Shown here in pieces: positions 62,491 to 64,000 of a stretch of 64,000 bases of DNA. Location of the stretch: NCBI GenBank assembly GCA_012295275.1, contig CM022667.1, forward strand, positions 4,154,001 through 4,218,000. Reading direction: 5' to 3'. Every line of letters starts with the position of its first letter. Within the stretch, counting starts at the first letter, position 1. Both the position numbers and the translations under genes were made by a program. Origin of the DNA: Chrysomallon squamiferum (lineage: Eukaryota > Animalia > Mollusca). The notes under the pieces were generated by a model. It did no database searches. It was not told the DNA's origin and worked only from the letters and a program-made list of their open reading frames with translations.

Positions 62491-63488
62491 TAAGAATATT
62501 CGTCATTCGAGTGGAATCACATTGTCTGTACTGGGATCGCTACAACAAACTAGAGAGTAAACCTTTTATTTAATTTTCAATATACACGTTTTTTTGTTGT
62601 TTTTTTAAATTTTATTTTTTTTAATTTTTTTTTCTTAAAAATATATTACGAATATCATATTTAAAAAATAGATTTTATGTTGGTAATTACAATATTTGTT
62701 TAAAAATATACGTAGTTAAATATAATTGAATGTTATGTATTTGTAACTAATCTGTTTTTTAAACTGATGTCTATTCATCATCTTTTAAAAAAAAAGTATT
62801 TTATATTTCAATACTGCTTAACATTATCTTTATATAAGTTACTTAAAATTAATAATAAACTCATTTTAATCCTTTTTCATTGTCATTAATTAGTTGTTCA
62901 AATGTATATTTAATTAGTATCTACTGTCATATCTACTGTCAATACATTTCACACACACACACACACAAATTTAAATTATTATGTTTTTTCTGACTGTTTA
63001 TTTGTTGTTTATTATTAGAAGACACTCTCTTTGATAGTGTTTTAAAAAGTAGCCTATGAAACATTGTTTTTCTATTAACTAGAGTAATTTTTTGTCTGAA
63101 ATTTTACAAATGATGAACTTTAAACCACTGATATGTCAAAGGTGTCAGTATGTTGATGATAGGTTGACAGGAACAGTTAACCCACAATAGTAAACAAATA
63201 TGTAATTCATAATGATAATTAATTGTTAATCTAAAACTCTGTGTGCAGGAATAAAGAAACAAAGAAAGAAAGAAACAAAGAAACAAACAAACAAACAAAC
63301 AAATAAACAAAAAACAGCAGCATTTAAAAAATATATATTTTAAAAAATTATACAGAAGACAAAACTTTTATTATTATTATTATTAAAATTTTTGAACATG
63401 CAGCATAATTCATAGTTAATATTCTGTCATGATGTTTGGAGAATGAGGTTGAACATTTTCTATAGACTATTAAAAAATTATAATAATA

Positions 63489-63519
<31 letters not shown>

Positions 63520-63578
63520 AACAACTTGACAACAAATCAATTAATTCATTTTGTTACATGACAAGAAAATATTCTCTA

Positions 63579-63900
63579 TAATAATTACAGTGCATACAGT
63601 AACATAATTAATGTTTAGTGTTATTCTCTCAGTAATAATTACAGTGCATACAGTAACATAATTAATGTTTAGCATTATTCTTTCTGTAATAATTAGATTG
63701 CATACAGTAACATAATTAATGTTTAGCGTTATTCTCTCTGTAATAATTACATTGCATACAGTAACATAATTAACGTTTAGCGTTATTCTCTCTGTAATAA
63801 TTACAGTGCATACAGTAACATAATTAATGTTTAGCATTATTCTTTCTGTAATAATTACAGTGCATACAGTAACATAATTAACGTTTAGCATTATTCTTTC
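63579..63900. repeat. 54-bp tandem repeat (about 6 copies)
   Basis: Unit ataattacagtgcatacagtaacataattaatgtttagcattattctttctgta. Confidence 0.92.
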
Positions 63901-64000
63901 TTAACATTGTGGTTGTGTTTGAACTGATGTCTCATTTTGCATGAGCGATAGATCTGCTGGCAGAAGCAGACATTGAACCAAAACAGCAGCATGTATGGAA
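63891..64000 (-). CDS. Probable terminal coding exon of an unidentified gene entering from the right edge
   Basis: A GC-richer segment whose minus frame reads ...PYMLLFWFNVCFCQQIYRSCKMRHQFKHNHNVKKE* (TAA at 63893-63891), a hydrophobic stretch followed by a basic tail. It is too short to identify. Confidence 0.35.
   Translation of the reverse strand, partial: PYMLLFWFNVCFCQQIYRSCKMRHQFKHNHNVKKE

Overview
Very AT-rich, microsatellite-rich, intron-containing animal (invertebrate, lophotrochozoan/mollusc-like by inference) genomic DNA. Splicing the exons by hand gives six genes. (1) The 5' part of heat shock factor HSF1 (-, runs off the left edge). (2) A full-length ALPK1-type alpha-kinase (+), head-to-head with HSF1, which keeps the ADP-heptose-binding N-terminal domain. 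(3) Casein kinase II alpha (-). (4) Morgue (zinc finger + F-box + E2 variant with Cys->Gly; -). (5) Integrator subunit 8 (+, 27 coding exons, head-to-head with morgue, with one U12-type intron and a 1-nt frameshift at the C-terminus). (6) A stand-alone VwkA-type vWA protein (+). There is also a decayed Sola-like DNA transposon with TIRs and a probable last exon of another gene at the right edge. The most striking structural pattern is that many tandem repeats and duplications sit exactly on gene-structure boundaries. Whole splice acceptors plus the first exon bases are amplified about 40x and 7x in INTS8 introns, an acceptor-like array ends at an ALPK1 acceptor, and several donors are duplicated. 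In both INTS8 acceptor arrays, use of any upstream copy would give a stop or a frameshift. All alignments to known proteins are from memory, not from database searches.
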